Shown: positions 18,274 through 27,923, numbered from the stretch's first letter. The stretch is DNA of 59,180 nt from Candidatus Moraniibacteriota bacterium (GCA_041596615.1 JBFHIG010000007.1:1-59180), one strand, 5' to 3'. The notes: a model not told the origin generated them from the sequence alone. Numbers and translations are program-made.

Positions 18274-18786
18274 TTATCTTTTATTAATTTTCTGTTTTGC
18301 AAACCTTTTCATTGTATACATTCCAATGCCATACGAAACTGAAACATTCATAGATTCTTTTTCGCCTAGCATCGGAATTTGCACAATATGGTCGGCATAC
18401 TTCAAAATTGAGGCAGAAAGACCAGTAACTTCATTTCCCAAAAGCAGTGCAAATGGAAAATTTGACTCAAAATTTTCCAAATCAATGCTTTTTTTTGTCA
18501 ATTCCAGAGCAATGATGGTCACTCCTTCAGACTTAAGTTTCTTAAGAATACGATGTGTTTGCCAATGAGCCTCCCATGAAACCGAATTCTGCGAACCAAG
18601 CGCTGTTTTCCCAATAGCAAAATTCTTTGATGGATTTGGCGTATAACCACCAAGAAAAATTTTATCAACTGCGAGAGCATCGGAAGTTCTAAAAATAGAA
18701 CCTACATTATAACAACTCCTTATGTTGTGTAAAACAACATAAGATAGATTGTTATTATTCTTTTTTTGAACTCCTTTACTTTCCAT
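18274..18786 (-). CDS. SpoU/TrmH family RNA 2'-O-methyltransferase
   Basis: 170 aa. NVGSIFRTSDA..LLLGNEVTGLS..IPMLGEKESMNVSVSYGIGMY (SPOUT knot motifs). Confidence 0.8.
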   Translation of the reverse strand: MESKGVQKKNNNNLSYVVLHNIRSCYNVGSIFRTSDALAVDKIFLGGYTPNPSKNFAIGKTALGSQNSVSWEAHWQTHRILKKLKSEGVTIIALELTKKSIDLENFESNFPFALLLGNEVTGLSASILKYADHIVQIPMLGEKESMNVSVSYGIGMYTMKRFAKQKINKR

Positions 18787-18790
18787 TTAC

Positions 18791-19057
18791 TTATTTTTTC
18801 TTCAAAACCCTTCTTTTTCTACGAATCGGAGCTTTTCTGGTAACTTCAGTTGATTTACAAAACATACCTTTTAGGATAGCTTCATCATCAATTGCATTAA
18901 TTTTAACATAGATAGCTACTAAAAGCATTACTGTTGCTACTTGTAACCATTGCGATGACGCTAAAAAAATATCATTGATTGACCAACTATAAACTGATAC
19001 TAAGACGGCGATTGCAGCGAATGTGAAAAAGCCATCTGCTAGAATTTTATGATACAT
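18791..19057 (-). CDS. Small two-TM membrane protein with basic tail, unknown function
   Basis: 88-aa ORF between secD and trmH with tight spacing. Two hydrophobic helices and a KRRVLKKK tail. No recognisable family. Confidence 0.45.
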   Translation of the reverse strand: MYHKILADGFFTFAAIAVLVSVYSWSINDIFLASSQWLQVATVMLLVAIYVKINAIDDEAILKGMFCKSTEVTRKAPIRRKRRVLKKK

Positions 19058-19103
19058 ATGACACCTCCTTTCTTTTGTTTTAATTTTTATTTTATTTGAC
19101 TAA

Positions 19104-20849
19104 TTATTTTTTTGTTTTTTTCGAAGCACAGAGAATTAAGGCCTTGTGCTTTTCAAACCAATCAAAAAGAATCGACCTTAACAATACGCGCGTTATAACA
19201 ATTGCAGTAAACATTGAAACCAAAACACCTATAATTAACGTAATCGCGAATCCTTTAATAAAACCACTTCCGAACATAATCAAAATGATTGAAGTTAGGA
19301 TAGTCGAGACATTTCCATCGCGAATTGAAGACCAAGCCCTTTTGAAGCCCTCATCAAGTGCTGCTCTTAAATCTCTTCCCTTTCTAATCTCCTCTTTCGT
19401 TCTTTCAAAAATCAAAATATTAGCATCAACCGCCATTCCAACTGAAAGAATAAATCCCGCTATTCCCGACAATGTCAGCGTCACTCCATATGGAGAAAGC
19501 GAGGATAATTTATAAACAGACACAATAATTGCCGTATAAATTATTAATGCGACAACAGCTATAACTCCAGCAAGACGGTAATAGATAATCATAAAAACAC
19601 CCACTAGCATAAAGCCCAAAAGCCCAGCCTTTAAACTTTTCTCCAATGACTCTTGTCCAAGAGAAGCGCCCACACTCTGTTGACTGATTAGATTAATTGG
19701 CACTGGCAGTGCTCCAGCATTTAATCTTCTAGAAAGTTCTTTAGCCTCTTGAAGTTTAAAGCTTCCGCTTATTATAGCCTCTCCATCGCGAATAACATCA
19801 TTAACAACAGGAGCACTAATAACCTCATCATCCAGAAAAATTGCTATTCTATTGCCTTTATTCTGCTCTGTTATCTCTTTAAACAACTCTTTTCCGTTAT
19901 CATTAAATTGTAAAATAACAATTGGTTGTCCAAGTTGCTGATCAAAAGAAACCTGGGACTGCTTCAACTCCTTTCCCGTAAGTCCTGTTGACTCAAACTC
20001 TGGTTGCGCTAAAATTTGAGATTTTATCATCTCTGCATATTCCTCTGGATCTTGAGCAGAATACAAAATATGAGTAACTTCAACCTCTTTATCATCACCC
20101 TCTCCACGACTACTTAATTTTTTAATAACATGGAATCCAAATTGAGTTTTTACAACACTTCCAAAAACGGTGCTATCGGCAAAGTCATCGCTAAAAATTA
20201 CCTCTTCAAACTCTGGAACCATCACGCCTCTTTGTACAAAACCTAACTCCTCTTTTTTCCCCTGTGTTGGATCTTCAGGATTCTCTTCGACTAAAGAGTT
20301 GAAGTCTTCTCCTGCTAAAGCCTTTTCTAGGACCTCCTTAGCTTTATTCTCAGCTTCCACTCCTGCAATGACTATTCTATCTTTTTCTTCATCCACCATT
20401 GCCTGCTCTTCTTCAGTCAGCTCAGTTCTTGATTCTTTTTCTTTTTTAAATTCCAAAAATGGTGTTTCTTTAATTAAGTCTTTAGCCTCCTCAACATCAT
20501 TAATACCTGCCAATTCAACAATTAACCGATAACTATCCCCGATTTTTGAAGGTTGAATATTTGGCTCAGCAACTCCATAAGCATTAACTCTACGCTCAAT
20601 CACATCCTGCACTCCACGCAGAGCCTCCGACTCTTTTCCTTTTTCAATATTATTCATGTCCGCCTCGTAAACAAGATAAACACCACCTTGCAAGTCAAGT
20701 CCCATGTTTATTTTCATCTTACTCAAAAAACCATCCACAAAAGCAATGCCCGTAGGTCTAGGGTTGGCAATAACTCCAACAACAAGTGCAAAAACAATAA
20801 TTGCCAATGGCTTTATCCACTTTTTCTGTCCAATCTTTGCTATTTTCAT
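19104..20849 (-). CDS. secD: Protein translocase subunit SecD with a parvulin (PpiC)-like insertion in the periplasmic head
   Basis: 581 aa. SecD motifs MGLDLQGGVYLVYEAD, RVNAYGVAEPNIQ, LIVELAGINDVEEAKDLIKETPFLEFK, IAIFLDDEVISAPVVNDVI, and C-terminal TMs with GMAVDANILIFER. Residues ~157-265 resemble E. coli PpiC (GEDFNSLVEE..ELGFVQRGVMVPEFEEVIFS..VKTQFGFHVIKKL). Confidence 0.88.
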   Translation of the reverse strand: MKIAKIGQKKWIKPLAIIVFALVVGVIANPRPTGIAFVDGFLSKMKINMGLDLQGGVYLVYEADMNNIEKGKESEALRGVQDVIERRVNAYGVAEPNIQPSKIGDSYRLIVELAGINDVEEAKDLIKETPFLEFKKEKESRTELTEEEQAMVDEEKDRIVIAGVEAENKAKEVLEKALAGEDFNSLVEENPEDPTQGKKEELGFVQRGVMVPEFEEVIFSDDFADSTVFGSVVKTQFGFHVIKKLSSRGEGDDKEVEVTHILYSAQDPEEYAEMIKSQILAQPEFESTGLTGKELKQSQVSFDQQLGQPIVILQFNDNGKELFKEITEQNKGNRIAIFLDDEVISAPVVNDVIRDGEAIISGSFKLQEAKELSRRLNAGALPVPINLISQQSVGASLGQESLEKSLKAGLLGFMLVGVFMIIYYRLAGVIAVVALIIYTAIIVSVYKLSSLSPYGVTLTLSGIAGFILSVGMAVDANILIFERTKEEIRKGRDLRAALDEGFKRAWSSIRDGNVSTILTSIILIMFGSGFIKGFAITLIIGVLVSMFTAIVITRVLLRSILFDWFEKHKALILCASKKTKK

Positions 20850-20979
20850 ATTTTAAATTATCTCTTTTTATATCTAACTAAAAAAACATAGTCAGTAATA
20901 GAAACTATTTTAACTTACAGCTTTAATACTACAACAAATATAGAAAAAATCAACTTTTAAATTTTAACTACTATTTTAC

Positions 20980-21015
20980 AAAAAAACAAAAAACCTGCAT
21001 AAAACAGGTTTTTTA
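20980..21015 (-). terminator. Intrinsic (bidirectional) terminator downstream of rpsP
   Basis: AACCTG-cataaaa-CAGGTT (20992-21010), flanked by an A-run and a T-run. Confidence 0.7.
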
Positions 21016-21114
21016 AAAAACACACAATCACACAATAATACAAAATAATTTCTATTTTTTTGCTTCAACAGAGACTTGATCTTTCACCTCGTCTTCTTTT
21101 TTTTCAACTACGCT

Positions 21115-21429
21115 CTACTTTTTCTCTTCAACCTTCTCTGCTTCAGCTGGAATTGCTTTTTCTGGAATTTTAATTGAAACTTTTCTTTTTTCCTCCTTTA
21201 CTAAACCTTCTCGAACAAATAGGTTATGTGCAGAGTCAGAACAAGCTGCTCCTTTTTCAATCCAATACTTAACCCTATCAGTTTTCAAAACTGCTTCCTT
21301 TTTGTGTGGGTCGTAACTTCCTAACTGTTCAATAAATTTTCCTTGTACGGGATAAGACTTTTCCGCAAGAACAACTTTATATTGAGCATGACCTTTTTTA
21401 CCAACTCTTGAAAATCTAATGATAATCAT
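21115..21429 (-). CDS. rpsP: 30S ribosomal protein S16
   Basis: 104 aa. MIIIRFSRVGKKGHAQYKVVLAEK..GSYDP. K/E-rich C-terminal tail. Confidence 0.92.
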   Translation of the reverse strand: MIIIRFSRVGKKGHAQYKVVLAEKSYPVQGKFIEQLGSYDPHKKEAVLKTDRVKYWIEKGAACSDSAHNLFVREGLVKEEKRKVSIKIPEKAIPAEAEKVEEKK

Positions 21430-21547
21430 AATATCACTTCAATAAATAATTAATTATATCAAAACCTACATTTGAATTTAACCAAATACAAACTTTGTGT
21501 AGTTTACCCAAAAAAAACGCTTTTGTCAACAAAAATGGAATTCCATG

Positions 21548-22120
21548 TTAATTAATAATTTTATCTATAATTCCATATTTTTTTGCTTCCTCTGCTGACA
21601 TGAAATAATCCCTTTCTGCATCCCTCTCTATATCAGCAACTTTTTGCCCTGTATGCTTCGCTAAAATCTTGTTCAATTTTTCTTTTATTTTCAAAATATG
21701 CTTTGCATGAATATCGATATCAGTCGCCTGTCCCTCAACGCCACCCATCACTTGATGTATCATAACTTCACTATTTGGCAAAGAAAAACGTTTCCCTTTT
21801 TTTCCTGAACAAAGTAGGATTGCGGCTGCACTTGCTGCCGAACCAATGCAAATCGTTGAAACATCACTCTTTATAAAATTCATCGTGTCATATATCGCCA
21901 GAGCAGCAGAAACACTTCCGCCTGGTGAATTCACATATAATTTTACGTCAGATGCACTGTCTTGAGAATCCAAGAAAAGCAACTGAGCAATAATAGCATT
22001 CGCGACTTGATCATTAATTGGGGTTCCTAGGAAAATAATCCTCTCTTTTAAAAGCCTCGAATATATATCATAGGCCCGCTCTCCGAACTGCGACTTTTCT
22101 ATAACTGTTGGAATAAGCAT
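21548..22120 (-). CDS. clpP: ATP-dependent Clp protease proteolytic subunit
   Basis: 190 aa. [41 protein letters not shown] (Ser-His-Asp context). Confidence 0.95.
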   Translation of the reverse strand: MLIPTVIEKSQFGERAYDIYSRLLKERIIFLGTPINDQVANAIIAQLLFLDSQDSASDVKLYVNSPGGSVSAALAIYDTMNFIKSDVSTICIGSAASAAAILLCSGKKGKRFSLPNSEVMIHQVMGGVEGQATDIDIHAKHILKIKEKLNKILAKHTGQKVADIERDAERDYFMSAEEAKKYGIIDKIIN

Positions 22121-22181
22121 ATTTTAGCTTTATTTCTTAACTATTTAGCGATATTATCCTTGCAATCGCTAGTGAAAATTA

Positions 22182-23507
22182 TTACTTTATCTCTGTCAGA
22201 AACTTGAATACCATTTCGTTTGCCAAACTTCCTTTTGTCGCTTCATAAAGTCGATGTGTGTCAATTTTATTTTCCACGTCTCCCAATGTTGCGTAATATT
22301 CAAGAGTTTGATTTACTTTCTCTTCTATTTTTTTAGTATCTGGAACAAGTTTCTCCTGTTTAGCAAGATCTTGTAAAATCAAAGCCGCCTTCACTCTTTT
22401 TGGCGCAGCTTCCTTCTTCCACCCTTCCTTTACCTTCTCTTCCGTGGTTTGAACTTGTTTAAAATAATTCTCCTTATTCATACCCATTCTAGAGATATCC
22501 GCTTCTAATTCTCCCATCATTATATCCATTTCTCTCTCCAAAAGAACATTAGGAAGATCAACTTCTGTGGTTTCAATAATAGCTTCTATCAACTCCTTTT
22601 TTTGCTCATCCTCATCCCTTCGTTTCTTTTCCTCTGCAATTCCTTTTTTAATATTTTCTTTCAAATCAGCCAAGCTTTTGAATTTTCCGATGCTTTTTGC
22701 AAATTCATCATCAATTTTTGCAATTTGCTTCTCCTGAACAAGATTAACTTTCACATTGAATTCAGCTTCTTTTCCTGCTAGATGTTTCGCGTGATATTCT
22801 TTCGGAAAAGCTAGTTTAAAGTCCCTTTCTTCGCCAGCCTTCATCCCGATTAGATTTTCTTCAAACCCAGGAATAAATTTGCCCTCCCCAAGCACCATTA
22901 GATGTTTTTTTGCTGATCCATTTTCGATAGCAACATTCTCTTGAAAAACATCAAAGTCAATTTCAACCTGATCTCCTTTTTTAGCAGCTCTGTTAACTGT
23001 AACGATCTTTGCTCTTTGATTAGCAAGATATTCCACCTCATGGTCAATTTCTTTTTCTTCAACCTTAAATTCTTTCTTTGCAAATTTCTTATTGACCTTA
23101 GCAACGTCCTTCTTCCAGTTTCCAAGTTTAATCTCAGGAAGCACTCCTACGATTGCAGTAAATTCGAAATCATTTCCTTTGGCAATTTTTTTAATATCAA
23201 CCTTAGGTTCACCAATCGCATCAATTTTGTTATCTAAAATCGCATTTATATAGCCCTCTCTCACAGCCTCACTAGCAGCCTCATAGAGAAGCTTTTCCAC
23301 TCCTACAGTTTTTTCAACCATTGCCGCTGGCACCTTACCATTACGGAAACCATCCACTTTCATCTCCAAAGCCAAACTTTTTGTAGCAGAATCTACATAT
23401 TTTTGAAATTCATCCTTCGGAACAGTAATCGAAAGCTTAATTTCTGAGCCATTAAGTTTCTCAATTGCAATCTTATTCTTAATGTTTTTTTCTTCTTTCT
23501 TTACCAT
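22182..23507 (-). CDS. tig: Trigger factor
   Basis: 441 aa. Ribosome-binding GFRNGKVP motif, a central FKBP-like segment (PGFEENLIGMKAGEE), and a tig-clpP gene order. Confidence 0.9.
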   Translation of the reverse strand: MVKKEEKNIKNKIAIEKLNGSEIKLSITVPKDEFQKYVDSATKSLALEMKVDGFRNGKVPAAMVEKTVGVEKLLYEAASEAVREGYINAILDNKIDAIGEPKVDIKKIAKGNDFEFTAIVGVLPEIKLGNWKKDVAKVNKKFAKKEFKVEEKEIDHEVEYLANQRAKIVTVNRAAKKGDQVEIDFDVFQENVAIENGSAKKHLMVLGEGKFIPGFEENLIGMKAGEERDFKLAFPKEYHAKHLAGKEAEFNVKVNLVQEKQIAKIDDEFAKSIGKFKSLADLKENIKKGIAEEKKRRDEDEQKKELIEAIIETTEVDLPNVLLEREMDIMMGELEADISRMGMNKENYFKQVQTTEEKVKEGWKKEAAPKRVKAALILQDLAKQEKLVPDTKKIEEKVNQTLEYYATLGDVENKIDTHRLYEATKGSLANEMVFKFLTEIK

Positions 23508-23548
23508 AATATTTCGTTAAATTCTTTATATTTCAATTTTCCCAGTTT

Positions 23549-24472
23549 CTATTTATTCAAATACTTCTCAAAAACTGGAACGATCTCCTTTTTTCTGGAG
23601 ACTATTTTATCCACAAATAAAGCCTTCCCTTCTTCCTTAGCATTAAACATTTTCATAAATAAATCCCTCTCCTCGTCTCCTGAACAAAAAGTATAACTTT
23701 TTTTATTCAAAATGTCTATTATCGAAAAAAATGCGCCCTTCAAATTATCTACCTCTTTCAGCTGTTTTAGGTTTTCCAGTATTTCATCCTCTCTTTCTAA
23801 ACCAAAATCTTTATTCGTTGTTTCCATAACCCCAAGCCCGTATTTTTCACCACCAAACTCAAATAATTTATAATCAAGCTTAATCAAGTCTTTTGTTTCA
23901 ATATTTTTTACATCACTTTTGGCATCAAACATTTTCATACTAAAAACTTCAAGGTTTTCGACCCCAGCAATTTCATTCAATTTCTCAACCAACTCCCTGT
24001 CAGTTTTTGTTGTTGTCGGGGAACGAAAATATAAAGTATCCGAAACAATTCCCGCTAATAATATTCCAGCAATTTCTTTTGAAATTTCAATGTTTTGAGC
24101 AAAAAATTTCTTCGCAACAATAGAGCACGAGGATCCAAGCGGTTCAATGTGAATTCTGATTGGTTTATCAGTTTGAATCTTAACTTTATGATGATCAATA
24201 ATTTCCACAATATCCAAATCGTTCAAGTTGTCAATGCTTTGACCCTCTTCGTTATGATCGATTAGAATAATTTCGGAATTATGTGGCAGTTCAGAAACCT
24301 CTCTTGGAGAAGAAACTTTAAAATAACTCAATACGAAGCTTGTTTCATTATTAATACTACCCAAAGACAAAGCCTCTCCTTCGATATTTTTAGCTTTTAA
24401 AAAAGCTTGATGTCCGATTGCGCTACAAATTGTATCGGTATCGGGGTTCTTGTGTCCAATAATATATTTCAT
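23549..24472 (-). CDS. ppaC: Family II (Mn-dependent) inorganic pyrophosphatase, DHH family
   Basis: IIGHKNPDTDTICSAI, IIDHH, DHHA2-like C-terminus. The track ORF begins at a TTG (24487); the ATG at 24472 (MKYIIGH) is the more likely start. Confidence 0.8.
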   Translation of the reverse strand: MKYIIGHKNPDTDTICSAIGHQAFLKAKNIEGEALSLGSINNETSFVLSYFKVSSPREVSELPHNSEIILIDHNEEGQSIDNLNDLDIVEIIDHHKVKIQTDKPIRIHIEPLGSSCSIVAKKFFAQNIEISKEIAGILLAGIVSDTLYFRSPTTTKTDRELVEKLNEIAGVENLEVFSMKMFDAKSDVKNIETKDLIKLDYKLFEFGGEKYGLGVMETTNKDFGLEREDEILENLKQLKEVDNLKGAFFSIIDILNKKSYTFCSGDEERDLFMKMFNAKEEGKALFVDKIVSRKKEIVPVFEKYLNK

Positions 24473-24509
24473 TTTTCTTAATCTCAATAGATTACTTCTT
24501 TTTTTATAC

Positions 24510-26018
24510 TTATTTTTTCTCTGTTATTTTTTTACTTTTTACAGTCTTTTTTGTGACGGTCTTCTTTACAATCTTTTCTGTGGTTTTTTTCTTGGCATCC
24601 TTCTTGTTCATCCCACTCTCTTTCTTGACTTTATCCTTTGAAATTTCCTCCCCCTCCTTTACAGTTTCTTCTGCTACTAATTCCTCTGCTGACTCTTCAG
24701 CATTAGTCATTTCTTCTATTTCAAATTCTTTGAGTTCTGCTGGCATTTCATTTACGGCTGGCTCCATTATTTCACCCTCAACACCTTCTTTCCCCTCCAT
24801 AACTTCAACGTCTATTCTCCATCCAGTTAACTTTGCCGCCAAACGAACATTTTGCCCTCTTTTCCCAATCGCCAAAGAAAGTTGGTCTTGCTTTACATAT
24901 GCAATAGCATTTTTTTCCTCGGCTACAACCTCATCATCTTTATTCTCCAGAGCATTTTTTATCACAACTTTCAATACCTTGGCTGGTGAAAGTGCACTTG
25001 CAATCATTTCTTCTGGACTTTCACTCCATTCAATAATATCAATTTTCTCTCCACAAATTTCATCAATAACGGCCTGTACTCTAGTCCCTTTTTGTCCAAC
25101 ACAAGACCCGATTGGGTCAATACCTTCTTCATTTGAGATTACTGCAATTTTTGAACGTCCCCCTGCTTCTCTTGCAATTGCTTTAATTTCGACAGTTCCT
25201 GCAAAAATTTCAGGCACCTCAAGTTCAAACAACTTTTTAAGCAATTCGGGATGCCTTCTTGAAAGTGTAATTCCAGGACCTTTTGGATCTGACTCAACAC
25301 GACTTAAATATACCTTTATTCTTTGACCTATTCTATATCTTTCTGACGGAATTTGTTCAGATGGAAAAAGAACTCCAACAGCTTTTCCAAGGTCAATAAA
25401 AATCTTGTTCATCTCTATTCTTTGAACAGTTCCATTAACCACCTCTCCTTCTTTCTCTTTATATTCCTGGAACATTGAATCCCTTTCCGCTTCTCTTATT
25501 CTTTGAATGATAACTTGCTTAGCTGTTTGTGATGCCACTCTCCCATATTGATCCTTAGTTTCAAGTGGAATTTCGATAAAATCTCCCACTGCAATAGAAC
25601 TATCAACTTTTACAGCATCTTCCAAAAGAACATCTCTTTCAGAATTAAACCTCGGAAGTGATTCTGACTCATCAACAACATCTTGGACCTTAACGCCATC
25701 CAAAATTTCATTACTCTTCTTTGCACTCTTGTCAATGTCGTGAGCATTTTCACCAAGATACTCTCTTTCAACGACACGAACTGACTCATCAACAACTTCT
25801 CTTAGCTGTTTAAAACTAACCTCTCCAGTGTCTTGACTTAAATGAGAAATAATAATCTGACCCTTGTGTCCATAATCTTTTTTATACGCAGCTGCAAGTG
25901 CTGCCTCAACAGACTCGATAACCTTATTTTTCTCAATCCCTTTCTCTTCACAGATCTGTGCAATTGCACTTCCGAATTGCCCTAAAGCAGAAGAATCCTT
26001 TATTAATTTTGATCCCAT
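24510..26018 (-). CDS. nusA: Transcription termination/antitermination factor NusA with long K/E-rich C-terminal tail
   Basis: 502 aa. N-terminal domain, S1 (GEVVNGTVQRIE), two KH domains (GPGITLSRRHP.., IGSCVGQKGTRVQ, AIGKRGQNVRLAAKLTGW), and a low-complexity acidic/lysine tail. Confidence 0.92.
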   Translation of the reverse strand: MGSKLIKDSSALGQFGSAIAQICEEKGIEKNKVIESVEAALAAAYKKDYGHKGQIIISHLSQDTGEVSFKQLREVVDESVRVVEREYLGENAHDIDKSAKKSNEILDGVKVQDVVDESESLPRFNSERDVLLEDAVKVDSSIAVGDFIEIPLETKDQYGRVASQTAKQVIIQRIREAERDSMFQEYKEKEGEVVNGTVQRIEMNKIFIDLGKAVGVLFPSEQIPSERYRIGQRIKVYLSRVESDPKGPGITLSRRHPELLKKLFELEVPEIFAGTVEIKAIAREAGGRSKIAVISNEEGIDPIGSCVGQKGTRVQAVIDEICGEKIDIIEWSESPEEMIASALSPAKVLKVVIKNALENKDDEVVAEEKNAIAYVKQDQLSLAIGKRGQNVRLAAKLTGWRIDVEVMEGKEGVEGEIMEPAVNEMPAELKEFEIEEMTNAEESAEELVAEETVKEGEEISKDKVKKESGMNKKDAKKKTTEKIVKKTVTKKTVKSKKITEKK

Positions 26019-26100
26019 TTTGATAATTTTAACTATTTATTAAGCGAATGCTAGTCTAAGCTATTTCAAAAAACCTATATCAGCATTAGCTAGCTCTTTT

Positions 26101-26135
26101 TAAAAATAAATTCCCGTCATTTCATGACCGGAATT
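26101..26135 (-). promoter_or_regulatory. Terminator-like hairpin inside the nusA 5' leader (possible attenuator; REP-family related)
   Basis: Minus strand: AATTCCGGTCAT-gaa-ATGACGGGAATT (12-bp stem, 1 mismatch) followed by TATTTTTA. It lies between the predicted promoter (26166-26194) and the nusA ATG (26018). Confidence 0.4.
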
Positions 26136-26165
26136 CTCAATCAACACTTCTCATTTCACACTAAT

Positions 26166-26194
26166 AGTATACAAAATAAGCTTTTTCTTGTCAA
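26166..26194 (-). promoter_or_regulatory. Sigma70-type promoter for nusA
   Basis: Minus strand: TTGACA - 17 nt - TATACT. Confidence 0.55.
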
Positions 26195-26363
26195 CAGCAC
26201 TATTTCCACTCAGACCCCTTTCTACAATTAGGTCGGAGTAAAACTCTTGAAACGAAGAAAAATGCTACTTGGAGTTTTAAATTTTAAATTTCAATTGAAA
26301 ATCAAATAATTCTTTTTTAGAATACTCTATTTTTGAATGCTCTATTTTCATTTTTAATTTTCA

Positions 26364-26822
26364 CTAGCCACTCTTTACTGCAGAACAAAACTCATCAATC
26401 CGTTCAGCAACAAGTTCAGTTTCAAGCTCTTTATCCCTTACTCCCAAAATAGCAACTGGTTTTTTACAAAGCTTTTCCATCTCCCTGAAAGTCCTGGAAA
26501 TATCGCCAGCGAAAGTTGCAAAAAAAGCAACACCACCAAATTTATTTTCCAAAATATATCTTCTCACAGCTGGTGCCATTGTTCCTACCCAAACAGGAGT
26601 TCCAATAATCACCATATCATATTCCTTGGGGTCTTTTTCGAAACCAATTTCTGTTGATTTCTTAAAAAGCACATCTTTTCCAGCGCCAAACCAGCCACGA
26701 ATCCCATCTCGATTAGTTTTGTCGGTAATTACATCAACCTCCGATCCCAATTTCTTGGCAATTTTTTCTCCTAATTTTTTTGTGGCTCCTGTTCTGGAAT
26801 ATAAAACTACGAGAATTTTCAT
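26364..26822 (-). CDS. Flavodoxin-fold family protein
   Basis: 152 aa. MKILVVLYSRTGATKKL..MVIIGTPVW pattern typical of flavodoxin-like proteins. Confidence 0.65.
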   Translation of the reverse strand: MKILVVLYSRTGATKKLGEKIAKKLGSEVDVITDKTNRDGIRGWFGAGKDVLFKKSTEIGFEKDPKEYDMVIIGTPVWVGTMAPAVRRYILENKFGGVAFFATFAGDISRTFREMEKLCKKPVAILGVRDKELETELVAERIDEFCSAVKSG

Positions 26823-26846
26823 TTTTAATTAGAAATAATAATAAAA

Positions 26847-27923
26847 TTACAAATACCTTTCTCCTCGCTCCTTCAATTCTTCAACAATTTTCTTAACATC
26901 CTGGGCTCGTGATTTTGGACATACCAAAAGTGAGTCTTTGGTATCAATAATTACTAAATCATCAACTCCAACTGTGGCAATTAATTTCCCTTCTTGTCCA
27001 TAAATAATACAACCCGAAGTTTCAATATTTAATCTTTCACCTTTGACCAAATTCCTTCTCTCATCTGTTTTGGTCATTAGATTTTCATGTAAAGTATCCC
27101 AAGCGCCAATATCTTTCCAATCAAATGAGCCTTTGATAATAATTAATTCTTCGGGATCCATTTTCTCCGTGATTGCATAATCAATTGAAATTTTTTCCAT
27201 TTCACAATACGCCTTTTTGATTCCCTCTTCATCACCCTTTTTTATCATTTTCTCAATTTCCTCTAACCTTTCGTACATTTCCGGGGCATATTTTTTATAT
27301 GCCTCCAAAAAGAGTTTTGGTGTCCACATATAATAATTTGCGTGCCATAAATAACAACCTTCGTCTAGATATTTTTGTGCTGTTTTGTAGTCTGGCTTTT
27401 CAGCATGACCTTTGAATTCAAAAAATTCAATTCCTTCTCGTTCAAACAACCTTTTTCCAATTTTTGTATACCCCAAGGTCGTTGTTGGCATTGTTGGATG
27501 AACGGATATATCCAAAAGCTTTCCTGTCTCCTTGATAACCCTCTCCGCCTCTTTGATTGAATTTAAAAATTTATCAATCCTACCGATATAGTGATCGGAG
27601 GGTATAAATGCCATCGGCTCATCGGGATCGATTATTTTCAACTTCAATGCAGCATATGCCATTGCCGGAGCAGTATCACGTCTCGCAGGCTCTACAATAA
27701 TGTTCTTTTTAGGAAAATTTGGAAGTATCTCCTCAACACCTTCTTTTAACTCTTCAGTTGTAGCAATAAAAATTTTATCTTGTGGATAACTTGAAAAGCG
27801 CTCTATTGTTTCTTCGAGCATAGTCTTTTCCGAAATCAATTTACAGAACTGCTTTGGCTTACCAGTACGACTCATTGGCCACATTCTTGATCCTCCCCCT
27901 CCAGCTAAAATTACTATTTTCAT
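26847..27923 (-). CDS. Mannose-1-phosphate guanylyltransferase-like sugar nucleotidyltransferase
   Basis: 358 aa. ILAGGGGSRMWPMSR..KPKQF N-terminal NTP-transferase signature. Confidence 0.8.
   Translation of the reverse strand: MKIVILAGGGGSRMWPMSRTGKPKQFCKLISEKTMLEETIERFSSYPQDKIFIATTEELKEGVEEILPNFPKKNIIVEPARRDTAPAMAYAALKLKIIDPDEPMAFIPSDHYIGRIDKFLNSIKEAERVIKETGKLLDISVHPTMPTTTLGYTKIGKRLFEREGIEFFEFKGHAEKPDYKTAQKYLDEGCYLWHANYYMWTPKLFLEAYKKYAPEMYERLEEIEKMIKKGDEEGIKKAYCEMEKISIDYAITEKMDPEELIIIKGSFDWKDIGAWDTLHENLMTKTDERRNLVKGERLNIETSGCIIYGQEGKLIATVGVDDLVIIDTKDSLLVCPKSRAQDVKKIVEELKERGERYL

Noticed and set aside
24553-25326. Long antisense ORFs inside real genes, for example 24553..25326(+) in nusA, 9637..10095(+) in the SEDS gene, 4575..4979(-) in dprA, 55295..55780(+) in ligA and 46406..46798(-) in miaA.
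   Set aside because: Each lies opposite a confidently identified gene and gives Ser/Phe/Ile-rich low-complexity translations. This is typical of stop-poor antisense frames in AT-rich coding DNA.
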